DNA of 47,008 nucleotides from a virus, in UHGV virus genome UHGV-1362026; one strand, 5' to 3'. Made by a program: the position numbers and the translations under genes. This document shows positions 1-13,198 of the stretch, in pieces; the stretch's first letter is position 1; each line of letters opens with the position of its first letter. The notes below the pieces were generated by a model, which had not been told where the DNA came from, searched no databases, and was given only the letters and a program-made list of their open reading frames with translations.

Positions 1-71
1 ACTTGGTGCGCTATCTCTGGTAATAAAAAACCTCTTTGAAATGTGGTGGAAGGTACGGGAGTCGAAAAAAA

Positions 72-464
72 ATGGCAGCACCAACACCTGAAGAACTGGT
101 CAGTCAGATGGCATCTCGCGGGATGACTATTACCACAACAGATGCATCTGGCATTCTGTGCCTTGTGGCGTCAATCAGTGAATGCCTTGAACTGAGCTAT
201 CCAAATGATGAATGCCGACAAAATGCGATCATGCTGTGGGCTTCCATCCTGATTAGCGCAAATACCGCTGGGCGTTACGTTACCAGCCAGAGCGCACCTT
301 CTGGCGCTTCGCAATCATTCGCGTATGGCAGTAAGCCGTGGGTGGCGCTGTACAATCAGATGAAGCTACTGGATACAGCCGGATGCACTGGCGATTTAGT
401 GGAAGACCCTGACGGAAGCGGTAAGCCGTGGTTTGCGGTTGTGCGTGGGAGTAAGTGCAAATGA
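72..464 (+). CDS. putative head-tail connector/neck protein (assigned by position only)
   Basis: Part of ORF 36..464; ATG at 72 follows a GGGAG RBS; first of four co-directional small genes upstream of the major tail gene. Confidence 0.45.
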   Translation: MAAPTPEELVSQMASRGMTITTTDASGILCLVASISECLELSYPNDECRQNAIMLWASILISANTAGRYVTSQSAPSGASQSFAYGSKPWVALYNQMKLLDTAGCTGDLVEDPDGSGKPWFAVVRGSKCK

Positions 465-802
465 CTTCGCTGGCTAACTGGAGTTATACGCAACCATGCA
501 CAATCTGGCATAAGAGCGGAACTGACAAGTACGGTAAGCCGACTTTTGATGCGCCAGTTGGCATCATGTGCGATTATGGCTTTAACGATGATGTATCGAC
601 CGATGCGAAAGGCAACGAGATTGTGCAGAAGAATACTTTCTGGACAGAATACACTGTCGCTAAGGTGGGTGATTACATCATGACTGGCACAGTGACAGAA
701 GCTGACCCGCTGGCGGCTGGTGCAAACCAGATTCTGAATGTGATTAATTATGGCAATACGTTCAATCGCGCTGAGCCACCTGACTTTGCACTGGTGACAT
801 AA
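455..802 (+). CDS. putative head-tail joining/head completion protein
   Basis: 115-aa ORF overlapping its neighbours in a tight neck-gene series; no motif recognised, assignment by synteny. Confidence 0.4.
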   Translation: MQMTSLANWSYTQPCTIWHKSGTDKYGKPTFDAPVGIMCDYGFNDDVSTDAKGNEIVQKNTFWTEYTVAKVGDYIMTGTVTEADPLAAGANQILNVINYGNTFNRAEPPDFALVT

Positions 803-1266
803 TGTCAGCGAAATTAAGAGGTATTCAGGAGGCAATCAGGAAAACTGAGCAGATAGTTGGCACTATCACGGCAGAAAAAGCAGTGAGAGCAATAAAAAGT
901 GCCAACTATATTATTCGCACAGAAGCGGCCACAATAACGCCAATTGATACATCAAACCTTATCAATAGCCAATATGATACGGTGGAGGTATCAGGGATGA
1001 GGATAACAGGGAAAATAGGTTATTCTGCTGATTATGCGCTATATGTTCACCGCGCGCCGGGGACACTAAAAGGAAAGCCACGCGCTCATTTTGGCAAGAC
1101 CAATAACCTTTCAGATTTCGGCCCGAAGCAAGTTAAGGAATTTGGCGGCGGCTCGCTGAAAGGTAACTACTGGGACCCAAATGCCGAACCACAATTCCTG
1201 ACCAAAGCAGCGCAACGCACAAAAGACCTTGTTGATGGCGTAATTAAGAAGGAGATGAAACTGTGA
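802..1266 (+). CDS. HK97 gp10-like tail component (tail completion)
   Basis: 154 aa; motif TPIDTSNLINS resembles the gp10-family signature PvDTGnLrnS; start overlaps the upstream stop. Confidence 0.6.
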   Translation: MSAKLRGIQEAIRKTEQIVGTITAEKAVRAIKSANYIIRTEAATITPIDTSNLINSQYDTVEVSGMRITGKIGYSADYALYVHRAPGTLKGKPRAHFGKTNNLSDFGPKQVKEFGGGSLKGNYWDPNAEPQFLTKAAQRTKDLVDGVIKKEMKL

Positions 1267-1637
1267 ATATGCTTGAACTGGTTGATGCATATCTTCAGGA
1301 TGCCGGATTGTATGATGGCTGGACTTCGCAGTTGCAGTTCTGGAATGACACCGGAGATGGCAACGAGCAATTTATTGTTCTGCAATCCAACGGCGGCACG
1401 CAGGTGATGGATGGCCTCGGTGGTGACTTCTATTTCTCGCTGTATGTTGTTGGGAAACAAGGCCAGTACAACGTAGCTGATGTCGATGCGAAGGCCAATG
1501 AGATTATCGAATACATCAAAACACATCCGATTGATTCATGCGTTAACTACATCCAGTTGCAAGCGCCGCTCGGTAGGCCAATGCTGACAGAAGAAAAAAG
1601 ACCAGTGCATGAACTGCTATTGCGTGCTGTGAAATAA
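1263..1637 (+). CDS. putative tail terminator protein (gpU-like by position)
   Basis: 124-aa ORF directly upstream of the major tail protein gene; ATGA overlap with the upstream gene. Confidence 0.4.
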   Translation: MNMLELVDAYLQDAGLYDGWTSQLQFWNDTGDGNEQFIVLQSNGGTQVMDGLGGDFYFSLYVVGKQGQYNVADVDAKANEIIEYIKTHPIDSCVNYIQLQAPLGRPMLTEEKRPVHELLLRAVK

Positions 1638-1640
1638 ATA

Positions 1641-1672
1641 AAGCCGCACGAGGCGGCCTTATTACTGGTTTA
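1641..1672 (+). terminator. weak rho-independent terminator after the neck genes
   Basis: GCCGC-acgag-GCGGC hairpin followed by cttattactggttt. Confidence 0.35.
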
Positions 1673-2192
1673 AGCATTGCCAGCGTGCTTTCTTAACATC
1701 CAGCCCCGTAACCCATACATACCCCTATATATGATTGCGATAATGCTGGATGTTAAGTGTTGTGGTGACAGGAATCGAACCTGCTTCCATCGGTGCGCTG
1801 CCGATTACAGTACGCGAGGCGGTCAGTTACATGACTAGTATTTTCACTGTCGCCTATCTGCTATCTCGCCATTGAGCTTCACCACAACGGAAAGAGCACT
1901 GCTTGTGATACTCCGCGAGCGATACATACCTCTGGCTAGGAAATACATTACGCATTCACATCTTTCTCACCGCGCCGCCAAGCGCGTGCAATGCCCTTAC
2001 CTGTTATGTTCCCTGACTTATTAATCACACCTCAGGGAAGCAGTGCGCCGAATTTGCTTACAAGGAGTCGGAATACCTTACTGACTTACAGGCTATTACG
2101 CCGCAATCAGAACAACATCATCGTTTTCATTTATCTTTGTGGTAAGTTTATAAAAAGTCAGCAAAGTCTCTCACGAAAACTATCTGAAATAC

Positions 2193-2236
2193 AATCTACA
2201 CCACAAAATAATCACTGTCAACACCTGTGATATAAT
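2193..2236. promoter_or_regulatory. divergent promoter module, copy 1
   Basis: Minus strand: TTGACA (rc of 2216-2221), 17-nt spacer, TAGATT (rc of 2193-2198), pointing left. Plus strand: extended -10 TGaTATAAT (2228-2236) about 36 nt before the ATG at 2273. A near-identical module recurs at 3587-3635. Confidence 0.55.
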
Positions 2237-2272
2237 CATCGCGTTAGCAGCTAACACAATTCGGAGATCGAA

Positions 2273-2989
2273 ATGGCTATTTGTGCAAATGATAAAGGCG
2301 TTCTTGTCGGTCGCATGACCCGCCTGTTCCTTGCTGAAGGGTGCGGTGACGCAGTTCCGTCAGCAGAAGACTGGAAATATTTAGGCTCAACCACCAGTAA
2401 AGGCGTGGACTACTCGCCGCAGACTACCACCTCGGAGGCAGACACCACTGGCGGCTTCGTTTCCACTCTCGTTACCAGTTCTGATATGACCATCAGCGCA
2501 GAGGTTGAAATCCGCAAGAATGACCCGAGCGATGAATTTGGCTTCCATCGTCTGGTTGAGATTTACGCCACTGAACTGAAGGCGCGTCGCCAGCCTTCCT
2601 TGTGGGTGCGTCAGGTGACTGGTGCAACTATCGTTACCGCGTACTGCAACATCACCAGCATCAGCTACGAAGGCGGCACGAATGACATCGTTACTGGTAG
2701 CCTTGAGTTCAAGGTTTACGATTCTGACAGTGTCACCGTTGAAAGCCTTGAGCCTCTGGCATTCACTACAGACTTGCCATCAACTGGCACTGCTGGCAGC
2801 CCGTTAACTGTTGCTGTTGAAGGTGGCGTCGCTCCTTACACTTATGTATGGCGCAAAGATGGCGCGGTAGTTAGTGGTGAATCCGGTGCAACACTGTCAA
2901 GCCCTACCGCTGGTGTGTATACCGTCACGGTAACTGATTCGTCTACCGACCCGGAAATTATCATCAGCACGGCTTGCACCGTATCCTGA
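2273..2989 (+). CDS. major tail protein with C-terminal Ig-like (Big_2-type) domain
   Basis: 238 aa; C-terminal LPSTGTAGSPLTVAVEGGVAPYTYVWRKDGA is typical of Ig-like domains on lambda gpV-type tail tube proteins; lies between neck and chaperone/TMP genes; own promoter and strong terminator. Confidence 0.75.
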   Translation: MAICANDKGVLVGRMTRLFLAEGCGDAVPSAEDWKYLGSTTSKGVDYSPQTTTSEADTTGGFVSTLVTSSDMTISAEVEIRKNDPSDEFGFHRLVEIYATELKARRQPSLWVRQVTGATIVTAYCNITSISYEGGTNDIVTGSLEFKVYDSDSVTVESLEPLAFTTDLPSTGTAGSPLTVAVEGGVAPYTYVWRKDGAVVSGESGATLSSPTAGVYTVTVTDSSTDPEIIISTACTVS

Positions 2990-2992
2990 TAA

Positions 2993-3024
2993 AGAAAAAG
3001 CCCCGAAAGGGGCTTTGTTTTATT
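2993..3024. terminator. bidirectional rho-independent terminator
   Basis: aaagaaaaaGCCCCgaaaGGGGCtttgttttatt, with A-run upstream and T-run downstream. Confidence 0.8.
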
Positions 3025-3220
3025 CTTGTGGCGGTTCTGGTGGATTGGCCCAGTGGGTAGCTGGAATGCCGTGACAGCGGTCTAATTCACCAACAAAAAT
3101 CTTACTGCCAATGTTGTCGATAACTTTACATACCGCAGTTCTAACGACACCACGAAATGCTGTGATAACCATCTCGCCTTCTTCAGGCATCCTATCACTA
3201 CACTTAATCCACTGGCTCAT
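3020..3220 (-). CDS. DUF551-like small protein (antisense moron inside the tail module)
   Basis: 66 aa; MSQWIKCSDRMPEEGE...ATHWANPPEPP matches the DUF551 pattern (WISVxDRLPE ... THWMPLPEPP); AAGGTGA RBS. Confidence 0.55.
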   Translation of the reverse strand: MSQWIKCSDRMPEEGEMVITAFRGVVRTAVCKVIDNIGSKIFVGELDRCHGIPATHWANPPEPPQE

Positions 3221-3356
3221 ATCACCTTATCCTCATCAAAAATCACACCAATCACACGAAGCAGGTCTTTTGCCATACGCTCTGCTTCTTCGTAGTCGTA
3301 ACCTGCATCGACATACAAATCTATGTAGAAAATCAGGTCAGCTTTTGTTTGTTCGT

Positions 3357-3551
3357 TCATTTCTTGTCGCCACTTTTAACCAATGCCCAGACAAGTGCTG
3401 CAACCCACCCAATAAAACTCCATCCGACAAGAATATTCAGCACACAGATTGCTGTCGTGTTTGTGTGCTTTCTTTGCAAAGCCACAAATGATGGAAGAAG
3501 ATAAGCAAATATCACCAATCCGGCGAAAAACAACAAAATAACAACATCCAT
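3357..3551 (-). CDS. small two-TM membrane protein, superinfection-immunity (Imm)-like
   Basis: 64 aa, two hydrophobic helices, LVGWSFIGWVAALVWAL motif recalling the Imm_superinfect family; GAGGTGA RBS; own TTGACA-17-TAGATT promoter. Confidence 0.5.
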   Translation of the reverse strand: MDVVILLFFAGLVIFAYLLPSFVALQRKHTNTTAICVLNILVGWSFIGWVAALVWALVKSGDKK

Positions 3552-3586
3552 AACTCACCTCATTAATATCTCGTTTCGATGACTTG

Positions 3587-3635
3587 AATCTACATCACCA
3601 CTTCGCAGGTGTCAACACCACTGAGATGATATAAT
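3587..3635. promoter_or_regulatory. divergent promoter module, copy 2
   Basis: Minus strand: TTGACA (rc 3610-3615), 17 nt, TAGATT (rc 3587-3592), driving the Imm-like gene. Plus strand: extended -10 TGaTATAAT (3627-3635) before the chaperone/TMP genes. Shares AATCTACA(T)CACCAC, TGTCAACACC and GATATAATCA blocks with copy 1. Confidence 0.55.
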
Positions 3636-3663
3636 CAACATCAGTCAAATTCAGGATGCAAAC

Positions 3664-4371
3664 ATGAGCAGTCGCACGCCACTAACAGAAATCGGAGAGA
3701 TGCGCATCTCTCTTTCCGACAGGAGTTTTTTCTTTAAGCCATCATTCCGCGCAATGAATGAAATCGGCACACCAAAAGAAATCGTCGAGGTGTATGCCAG
3801 ACTCAATGGCATTGATTATGTTGCGCCGTTGCAGCACGTCGAATGCCTGCCATTTGGCGCGCAGATGCAGGTTATGAAAACCATCAGCAAACCTGTTTAT
3901 GGTCGCCACGTACTGAGCGCAGCCTATATCGTCATGCAGTCATGCTGTGAGGATGATATTTCTGTGCTGATTGGCGGATGGAAGCCAACACCGCGTGGTG
4001 TGCGATACGTACCTGGCATTATGCCAGTGAGCGACATTATTATTATTGCTCGCAATCTGATGCAGCACGGCATCATTGGCAAGTCGCCACTCAAAGTACC
4101 TGAGCGTCTGGAAGAGCAAGGCAAGAAAACCACAAACGAATTTCATGCGTCGCAATACATCATCTCAGCACGCACGCACTTCGATATGACGCGCGATGAG
4201 GCAGAAAACCTGTCCATGACAGAGTTTCAGATGATGATTAAGAATAAATATCCAGAGCCGAAAGGGTTAACGAAAGAAGAGCGCGCGGCAGAGTACGATC
4301 AGGCTAAAGCAGACCGTGAGCGCATGAAGGCACTGGCTGAACGCAAAGCGAAAAAAGCGAGGAATACATAA
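3664..4371 (+). CDS. putative tail assembly chaperone (between major tail protein and tape measure)
   Basis: 235-aa ORF immediately upstream of the TMP with a TAATG overlap; position equivalent to lambda G/GT; no convincing -1 slippery extension found. Confidence 0.5.
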   Translation: MSSRTPLTEIGEMRISLSDRSFFFKPSFRAMNEIGTPKEIVEVYARLNGIDYVAPLQHVECLPFGAQMQVMKTISKPVYGRHVLSAAYIVMQSCCEDDISVLIGGWKPTPRGVRYVPGIMPVSDIIIIARNLMQHGIIGKSPLKVPERLEEQGKKTTNEFHASQYIISARTHFDMTRDEAENLSMTEFQMMIKNKYPEPKGLTKEERAAEYDQAKADRERMKALAERKAKKARNT

Positions 4372-6710
4372 TGGCTGAAGAAGTCGGCGGAATTGTCTAT
4401 GAAGTTGGGATGGATGTTAAAGGCCTGAAAGCTGGCGCGACAACAGCCGGTAAGACTTTAGATGACCTTGAATCATCACTAAACAAGACTACCGGAGAAC
4501 TCAACAAGCTGGACAAAGGCGCGCGCAACGCTGGCAGCGGAATGAAGAATGCTGGCGGCGCAGCTTCAGGGCTTAAAACCAGCATGTCGATGTTGGCTGG
4601 CGCAATATCCGTATCACTGATTATCGAATGGGGAAAGCGATTCCTTGAGGTTGCTGATAACATGACGCAGCTTCAGGCAAGGATTGCCCGCCTGTCAACT
4701 GACGCGAAAACCGCGAATGAAACATTCAGTTCACTGGCAAATATCGCCTCAACCACTGGCGCAAGCCTGAGTGATACCACGAGGCTATGGGAAACATTGA
4801 CGTCATCACTGAAAGAGGCTGGCGCGACAAATGCGCAGGTTCTTAACCTTACCGATACCCTGCAAAAAATAGGTCGAATTGGCGGATCATCAACCGAAGA
4901 AATGGCGAATGCATTACGTCAGTTCGGTCAGTCAATAGCATCTGGCACAATCCGCGCAGAAGAGTTCAACTCCATCCTTGAGCAGATGCCTGAACTTGCA
5001 CGCCAGATAGCCGCTGGTCTCGGTATTTCAATGGGTGAACTTCGCGCCAGAATGCTTGACGGAAAACTGACGGCAGAAGATGCACTGAATGCCATTCAGG
5101 ACAGGACAAGTGTGGTCAATGCTGAGTTTGCAAAACTACCGCGCTCTATATCTCAGGCGACTGGTAGTCTTGAAACATCATTTGCAAAAATGATAGCAAG
5201 CATAAACGAAGCAACCGGAGCCAGTTCCACTTTTGTTTCTGTTATTGATTCCATCACTTCAGCAATAAACAGACTTACTGGTCAATCTGTAAGTGCGGCA
5301 GAGGTTATTTCTGATTTGACGTCAACTGCAGAAATGTTCAGTCGCAGGGCGAGAACTTGGTCATGGGTTGGCGTTGACGGATGGGCGGCACAAAATCAGG
5401 CGATAGCGGCGGTAGCAAATCAGGCTGCAACTTTGGTCTCAGATATGGATGCCGTAACGAAGTCAACAGGAGAAGCAGCAGAAGCTCAGGCTCATTTGAC
5501 AGTGCCGCAAACACCACCAAAAGACGGGAAAGGAAAGGGCAAAAGCGCGGAAGAACGGCAAGCTGAGTCAGTAGCTGAAAAGCTGGAGAAATTACGCCAG
5601 CAAACCATGCTCAATGCCACATCTACCAGTGAACTATCCCGCGAACAGGCAATTCTCAACGCGCAGCAATCGCTTGGCAAAGCTGCCACTCAGGAGCAAA
5701 TAAAACTGGCTGGCGAGTACGCTGCGAAGATTTGGGACCAGAAGAATGCACTGAAGGAACAGGCGGCTGCGGAGAAAGAAAAGCAGCGCATAGAACAATC
5801 ATATCAGGGATTGCGCGCCATTGCGTCGCCAACATCTGGCATTGATAGTGAATACCAGCAACGCATGGCTGACCTTGACGCCTACGCCGCAGCATATCCG
5901 CAGAAAATTACGGAGATTGAGCAGACTCGCGCAGCAATTGAAGCGCAATACCGACAGCAGCGACTTGAAGCAATGTGGCAGGAGTGGAGTCAGCAAAGCG
6001 CAGCCACACAAGCGGCGGCGGCGGCGTTTGATGCTTTCGGGCAGACCGCTGGAAATGCGCTTACTGGTATCCTTACTGGCTCAATGTCTGTATCAGAGGC
6101 TCTGCGATCAATTGGCTCAAACATCCTGTCCAGTGTTATCAATGCGTTTGTGCAAATGGGTATAGACTGGGCCAAATCAGCTATCATGGGTGCAGCAGGA
6201 ATGACAGCAGCATCAGGCATGGCAGCGGCTCAGGCGCAAATTATTGCAGCGGCTATGGCACCAGCAGCGGCAATGACCTCACTTGCTACGGCTGGGGGCA
6301 ACGCACTGCCAGCACAGACTGGCATTGCTTCAACCGTTGGTCTTGCAAAGACACTATCCATTGCTGGCGCGCTGAAAAATGGCGGACCAGCTCAGGAAGG
6401 CTCAATGTACAGGGTGGGCGAGAATAACCTCCCTGAGATATTCCAGGCGTCAAACGGTCATCAGTACATGATACCGGGAGACAGCGGGCGCGTAATTAGC
6501 AACAAAGACCTGACAGGCGGCAGTAGTGGCGTTGTGGTTTATAATAGCGTTTACAATAATTCAAGTAATGCTAGCGCAACAAGCAGAGCCACTGATAACG
6601 GTGATGGCTCGATAACTATTGAGACATTTATATCCGATATGAATGAAGGAGGCCCAATGAGTCAATCTATCTCAAGGAACTTTAATACCAACAGGAGAGC
6701 AACCGAATAA
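4371..6710 (+). CDS. tail tape measure protein
   Basis: 779 aa, Ala/Gly/Gln-rich and helical, N-terminal region like lambda-family TMPs (...EEFNSILEQMPELARQIAAGLGIS...), C-terminal glycine-rich tract; largest gene of the tail operon. Confidence 0.85.
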   Translation: MAEEVGGIVYEVGMDVKGLKAGATTAGKTLDDLESSLNKTTGELNKLDKGARNAGSGMKNAGGAASGLKTSMSMLAGAISVSLIIEWGKRFLEVADNMTQLQARIARLSTDAKTANETFSSLANIASTTGASLSDTTRLWETLTSSLKEAGATNAQVLNLTDTLQKIGRIGGSSTEEMANALRQFGQSIASGTIRAEEFNSILEQMPELARQIAAGLGISMGELRARMLDGKLTAEDALNAIQDRTSVVNAEFAKLPRSISQATGSLETSFAKMIASINEATGASSTFVSVIDSITSAINRLTGQSVSAAEVISDLTSTAEMFSRRARTWSWVGVDGWAAQNQAIAAVANQAATLVSDMDAVTKSTGEAAEAQAHLTVPQTPPKDGKGKGKSAEERQAESVAEKLEKLRQQTMLNATSTSELSREQAILNAQQSLGKAATQEQIKLAGEYAAKIWDQKNALKEQAAAEKEKQRIEQSYQGLRAIASPTSGIDSEYQQRMADLDAYAAAYPQKITEIEQTRAAIEAQYRQQRLEAMWQEWSQQSAATQAAAAAFDAFGQTAGNALTGILTGSMSVSEALRSIGSNILSSVINAFVQMGIDWAKSAIMGAAGMTAASGMAAAQAQIIAAAMAPAAAMTSLATAGGNALPAQTGIASTVGLAKTLSIAGALKNGGPAQEGSMYRVGENNLPEIFQASNGHQYMIPGDSGRVISNKDLTGGSSGVVVYNSVYNNSSNASATSRATDNGDGSITIETFISDMNEGGPMSQSISRNFNTNRRATE

Positions 6711-7182
6711 TGACTATCATCAAATACCCTGACTGGCTGCCACTCGCACAGCGTGCCAGTAAAAACCTGACACAGCAAACCCCGTTCCGCAGCGACCAGC
6801 CTGCGGTTGGTGCACCAATTTTTCAGAAGCTGACAACTGATATTGCGGCGACATGGAGCCTGACGTGGATTTTTACACTGGCTGAGGAGCGCGCGTTTAT
6901 CCAGTGGTTGCGTAGCCCCAACTACCTCAACAAAGCAAACAACTGGTTTACCATGATGATTGACCTAGGTGGCAGCGGATTACAGGAGCAGACGCTGCAC
7001 TTTACCGATTATCCGGTGCAGACCAGTATTGATGGTGGAGTGGTTACGTGGACTGGCAATGTCATCGCTAAGAAACTCAATAACACGATGGACGAGTTTG
7101 ATGATGTTCTGGTTGAACTTGATTACAGATGGTATAGCTTCCTTGATGAAACTGTAAACAGAGAACTGCCAGAACACAGCAA

Positions 7183-7186
<4 letters not shown>
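6710..7186 (+). CDS. minor tail protein (lambda gpM-like)
   Basis: 158 aa; TAATG overlap with the TMP; pattern ...SLTWIFTLAEERAFIQWLRSP... resembles gpM (...VTLSVPREEATVLESFLEEHGG). Confidence 0.6.
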
Positions 7187-11184
<3,998 letters not shown>

Positions 11185-11223
11185 TACAATATACATCAAA
11201 TTCACAAAGGAGCATTTATTATA

Positions 11224-13164
11224 ATGGCTACCACACCAACCAATAAACCAATTCCGTCAGAAGACCTGCGAGACCTGAGGTTTAATGCCGGTAAGATTGA
11301 TGAGGTTGTAACATCTGACGCTCACTACTACACCGATCGTTTCGGTGTGCGCCGATTTACTATCGCAGGATTTCAGTACACCGCAGAAGAGGCTATCCGC
11401 AACTATGGCTACATTACGATGGACAGTTTTGAAGGTGGTGCGACACTGACACTACCTAATCAGGTGTTGCGCTACGAGGCTACTGGTGAATATTACCGTT
11501 GGGATGGCGAATTTCCTAAAACAGTAACTGCTGGTTCAACTCCAGAAAATACTGGCGGATTTGGTCTTGGATCATGGATTAGTGTTGGTGATGCTTCGTT
11601 AAGAACAAACTTAATTTCAACTGACGGGTTTTCATTAGTTGGAACTCCATACGGCGGGACCCTGAGAGATACTATTAAGTACGGCACGCCAGAGATGTAC
11701 TTATCGGTTTCTTCTGATGTGACAGCGGCAATACAGAATGCAATAGATAACCATGATGCTATAGACATGTCTGGTAGAGACTGGACACTCGAACGCCCCA
11801 TCAATCTTCATGATGGTAATAGCTTAGATTTGAGGTCAGCAAATATAACAAGTAACGTTGGGATTGAAAATCATATATTTGTCGCTGAAGACGCGATACA
11901 AAAGGGCATTAACGTAGTTGCTGGCGGCGGTGTAATTTCAGGTACTGCAAAGTCGGTATTCTATTTTCAGGGAAGTACCCTTACCCCTTCAGCTTCAGCC
12001 GACTATGCGAGAAACATACGAATTTCTGGAGTGTACTGCTCATCTGATAATATTGATCACTTTATCTATATGTACGGCGCCGTTCGTCAGGTTTTTCTGA
12101 ACAACTGCTATGCTTACGTTAAAGGAGGTATGTATGCCGAAGGGAAAATAGTAGAAATTTATTCAAATAATTGCATGTGGTACGGAAGTGGTTCGGCTAC
12201 TGAGTCTGATGCAAGACTTACTGTTAAGGCGATTAATTCTGGATATATTCCTGAAGGCTTCCATTTCACGGAAAACCTTTTCGACGGCACTGGTTATTCG
12301 TGGATAGTAGATGATATGTATGTCATGACCGTTTCTGGTGGCTACATTGGCGGTAATGCACGGTTTGGGCAACCAATAGCGTTAAACCATTTCATTAATA
12401 TCACTGGTTCTGAATGTAAGGGTAGCATCATCTTTAGCCCGACATCTGCTAATGACTACCGGGCAAATATCCAGCCAGCGATTATGCACTCAAAGGGTGT
12501 TTCAGGTTCGGTGATAATCGGTGATAACGCAAACGGGATAAATGTGACCACGAAGTTAATAGCTTCTGCGCACCCTTCAAATGCCGGGGTAGGCGTTGTA
12601 GTAGGTAATGGTTGTACTAATATCCAGCTTGATCTGTCCGTCGACCAGACTTATGACCGAGCGGCAACGTTTAATGGTGCATCTGGGGCGAGATGTTCCG
12701 TACTGGTGCGAAACTACCTTGGTAGTTCTAGCGCGGTATGCTCGGACCGCCCTGTAAACATTATATCAAGCCCTGTTACAAATTCGGTATCGCTAGGACT
12801 TGTTGAAAAATACGAGAATATACCCGCTGGCACTTATACCGTGGGAAGCGCTATGGCTTCTGTCTCTATTAATGCCGCCAGGGGTAAGAGAGGGGTCATT
12901 GTTTTAAACATGTCGCTTAGTGGGCTAGCAGCTGGAACTTCACAAGTATTTACGATAACGGTGCCGTCGAATATAATAGCTCCAAGCGGAACAGGATGGA
13001 CATCACTGAGTATCCGCCCACAGTTCACCTCTGGGTTAGTAAGTATGGAGATTCCGTTCTATGCAAACGCCGACATTGTTGATGGAAGTATAACTGTAAA
13101 TAATTTTGCAGGTAACTCCGCAGTTGTGGCGTTAAATGCTTACGTAGGTTACAGGTTGCTGTAA
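11224..13164 (+). CDS. tailspike protein (conserved N-terminal anchor plus beta-helix-like body)
   Basis: 646 aa; Gly/Asn/Ile-rich repeats suggest a parallel beta-helix; last structural gene before a bidirectional terminator. Confidence 0.7.
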   Translation: MATTPTNKPIPSEDLRDLRFNAGKIDEVVTSDAHYYTDRFGVRRFTIAGFQYTAEEAIRNYGYITMDSFEGGATLTLPNQVLRYEATGEYYRWDGEFPKTVTAGSTPENTGGFGLGSWISVGDASLRTNLISTDGFSLVGTPYGGTLRDTIKYGTPEMYLSVSSDVTAAIQNAIDNHDAIDMSGRDWTLERPINLHDGNSLDLRSANITSNVGIENHIFVAEDAIQKGINVVAGGGVISGTAKSVFYFQGSTLTPSASADYARNIRISGVYCSSDNIDHFIYMYGAVRQVFLNNCYAYVKGGMYAEGKIVEIYSNNCMWYGSGSATESDARLTVKAINSGYIPEGFHFTENLFDGTGYSWIVDDMYVMTVSGGYIGGNARFGQPIALNHFINITGSECKGSIIFSPTSANDYRANIQPAIMHSKGVSGSVIIGDNANGINVTTKLIASAHPSNAGVGVVVGNGCTNIQLDLSVDQTYDRAATFNGASGARCSVLVRNYLGSSSAVCSDRPVNIISSPVTNSVSLGLVEKYENIPAGTYTVGSAMASVSINAARGKRGVIVLNMSLSGLAAGTSQVFTITVPSNIIAPSGTGWTSLSIRPQFTSGLVSMEIPFYANADIVDGSITVNNFAGNSAVVALNAYVGYRLL

Positions 13165-13197
13165 ATATAACCCCGCTTCGGCGGGGTTAGTTTTATT
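13163..13197. terminator. bidirectional rho-independent terminator (tailspike / SSB convergence)
   Basis: aaCCCCGCttcgGCGGGGttagttttatt. Confidence 0.8.
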
Positions 13198-13198
13198 A

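Noticed and set aside
356-835. 159-aa minus-strand ORF (also 1167-1526, 4397-4663, 5338-6220 and 11493-11804 minus-strand ORFs)
   Set aside because: All are antisense or alternative-frame ORFs inside well-supported structural genes
1761-1888. Calling the element a bona fide tRNA gene
   Set aside because: About 128 nt with a ~50-nt insertion and an imperfect D-stem; it cannot be folded into a canonical cloverleaf by eye, so it is reported as a finding only
1991-2230. 79-aa ORF in the gap between neck genes and the major tail gene
   Set aside because: Low-complexity, proline/leucine-rich, no RBS; it overlaps the promoter module and the region looks regulatory/RNA-coding
3111-3491. 126-aa plus-strand ORF between the major tail and chaperone genes
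   Set aside because: Antisense to the DUF551-like and Imm-like genes, which have RBSs, a promoter and family signatures; the plus ORF has none
4340-4375. Possible -1 programmed frameshift (GCGAAAAAAG) at the end of the chaperone gene, as in lambda G/GT
   Set aside because: Shifting would add only about 7 residues before a stop; no extended -1 frame exists
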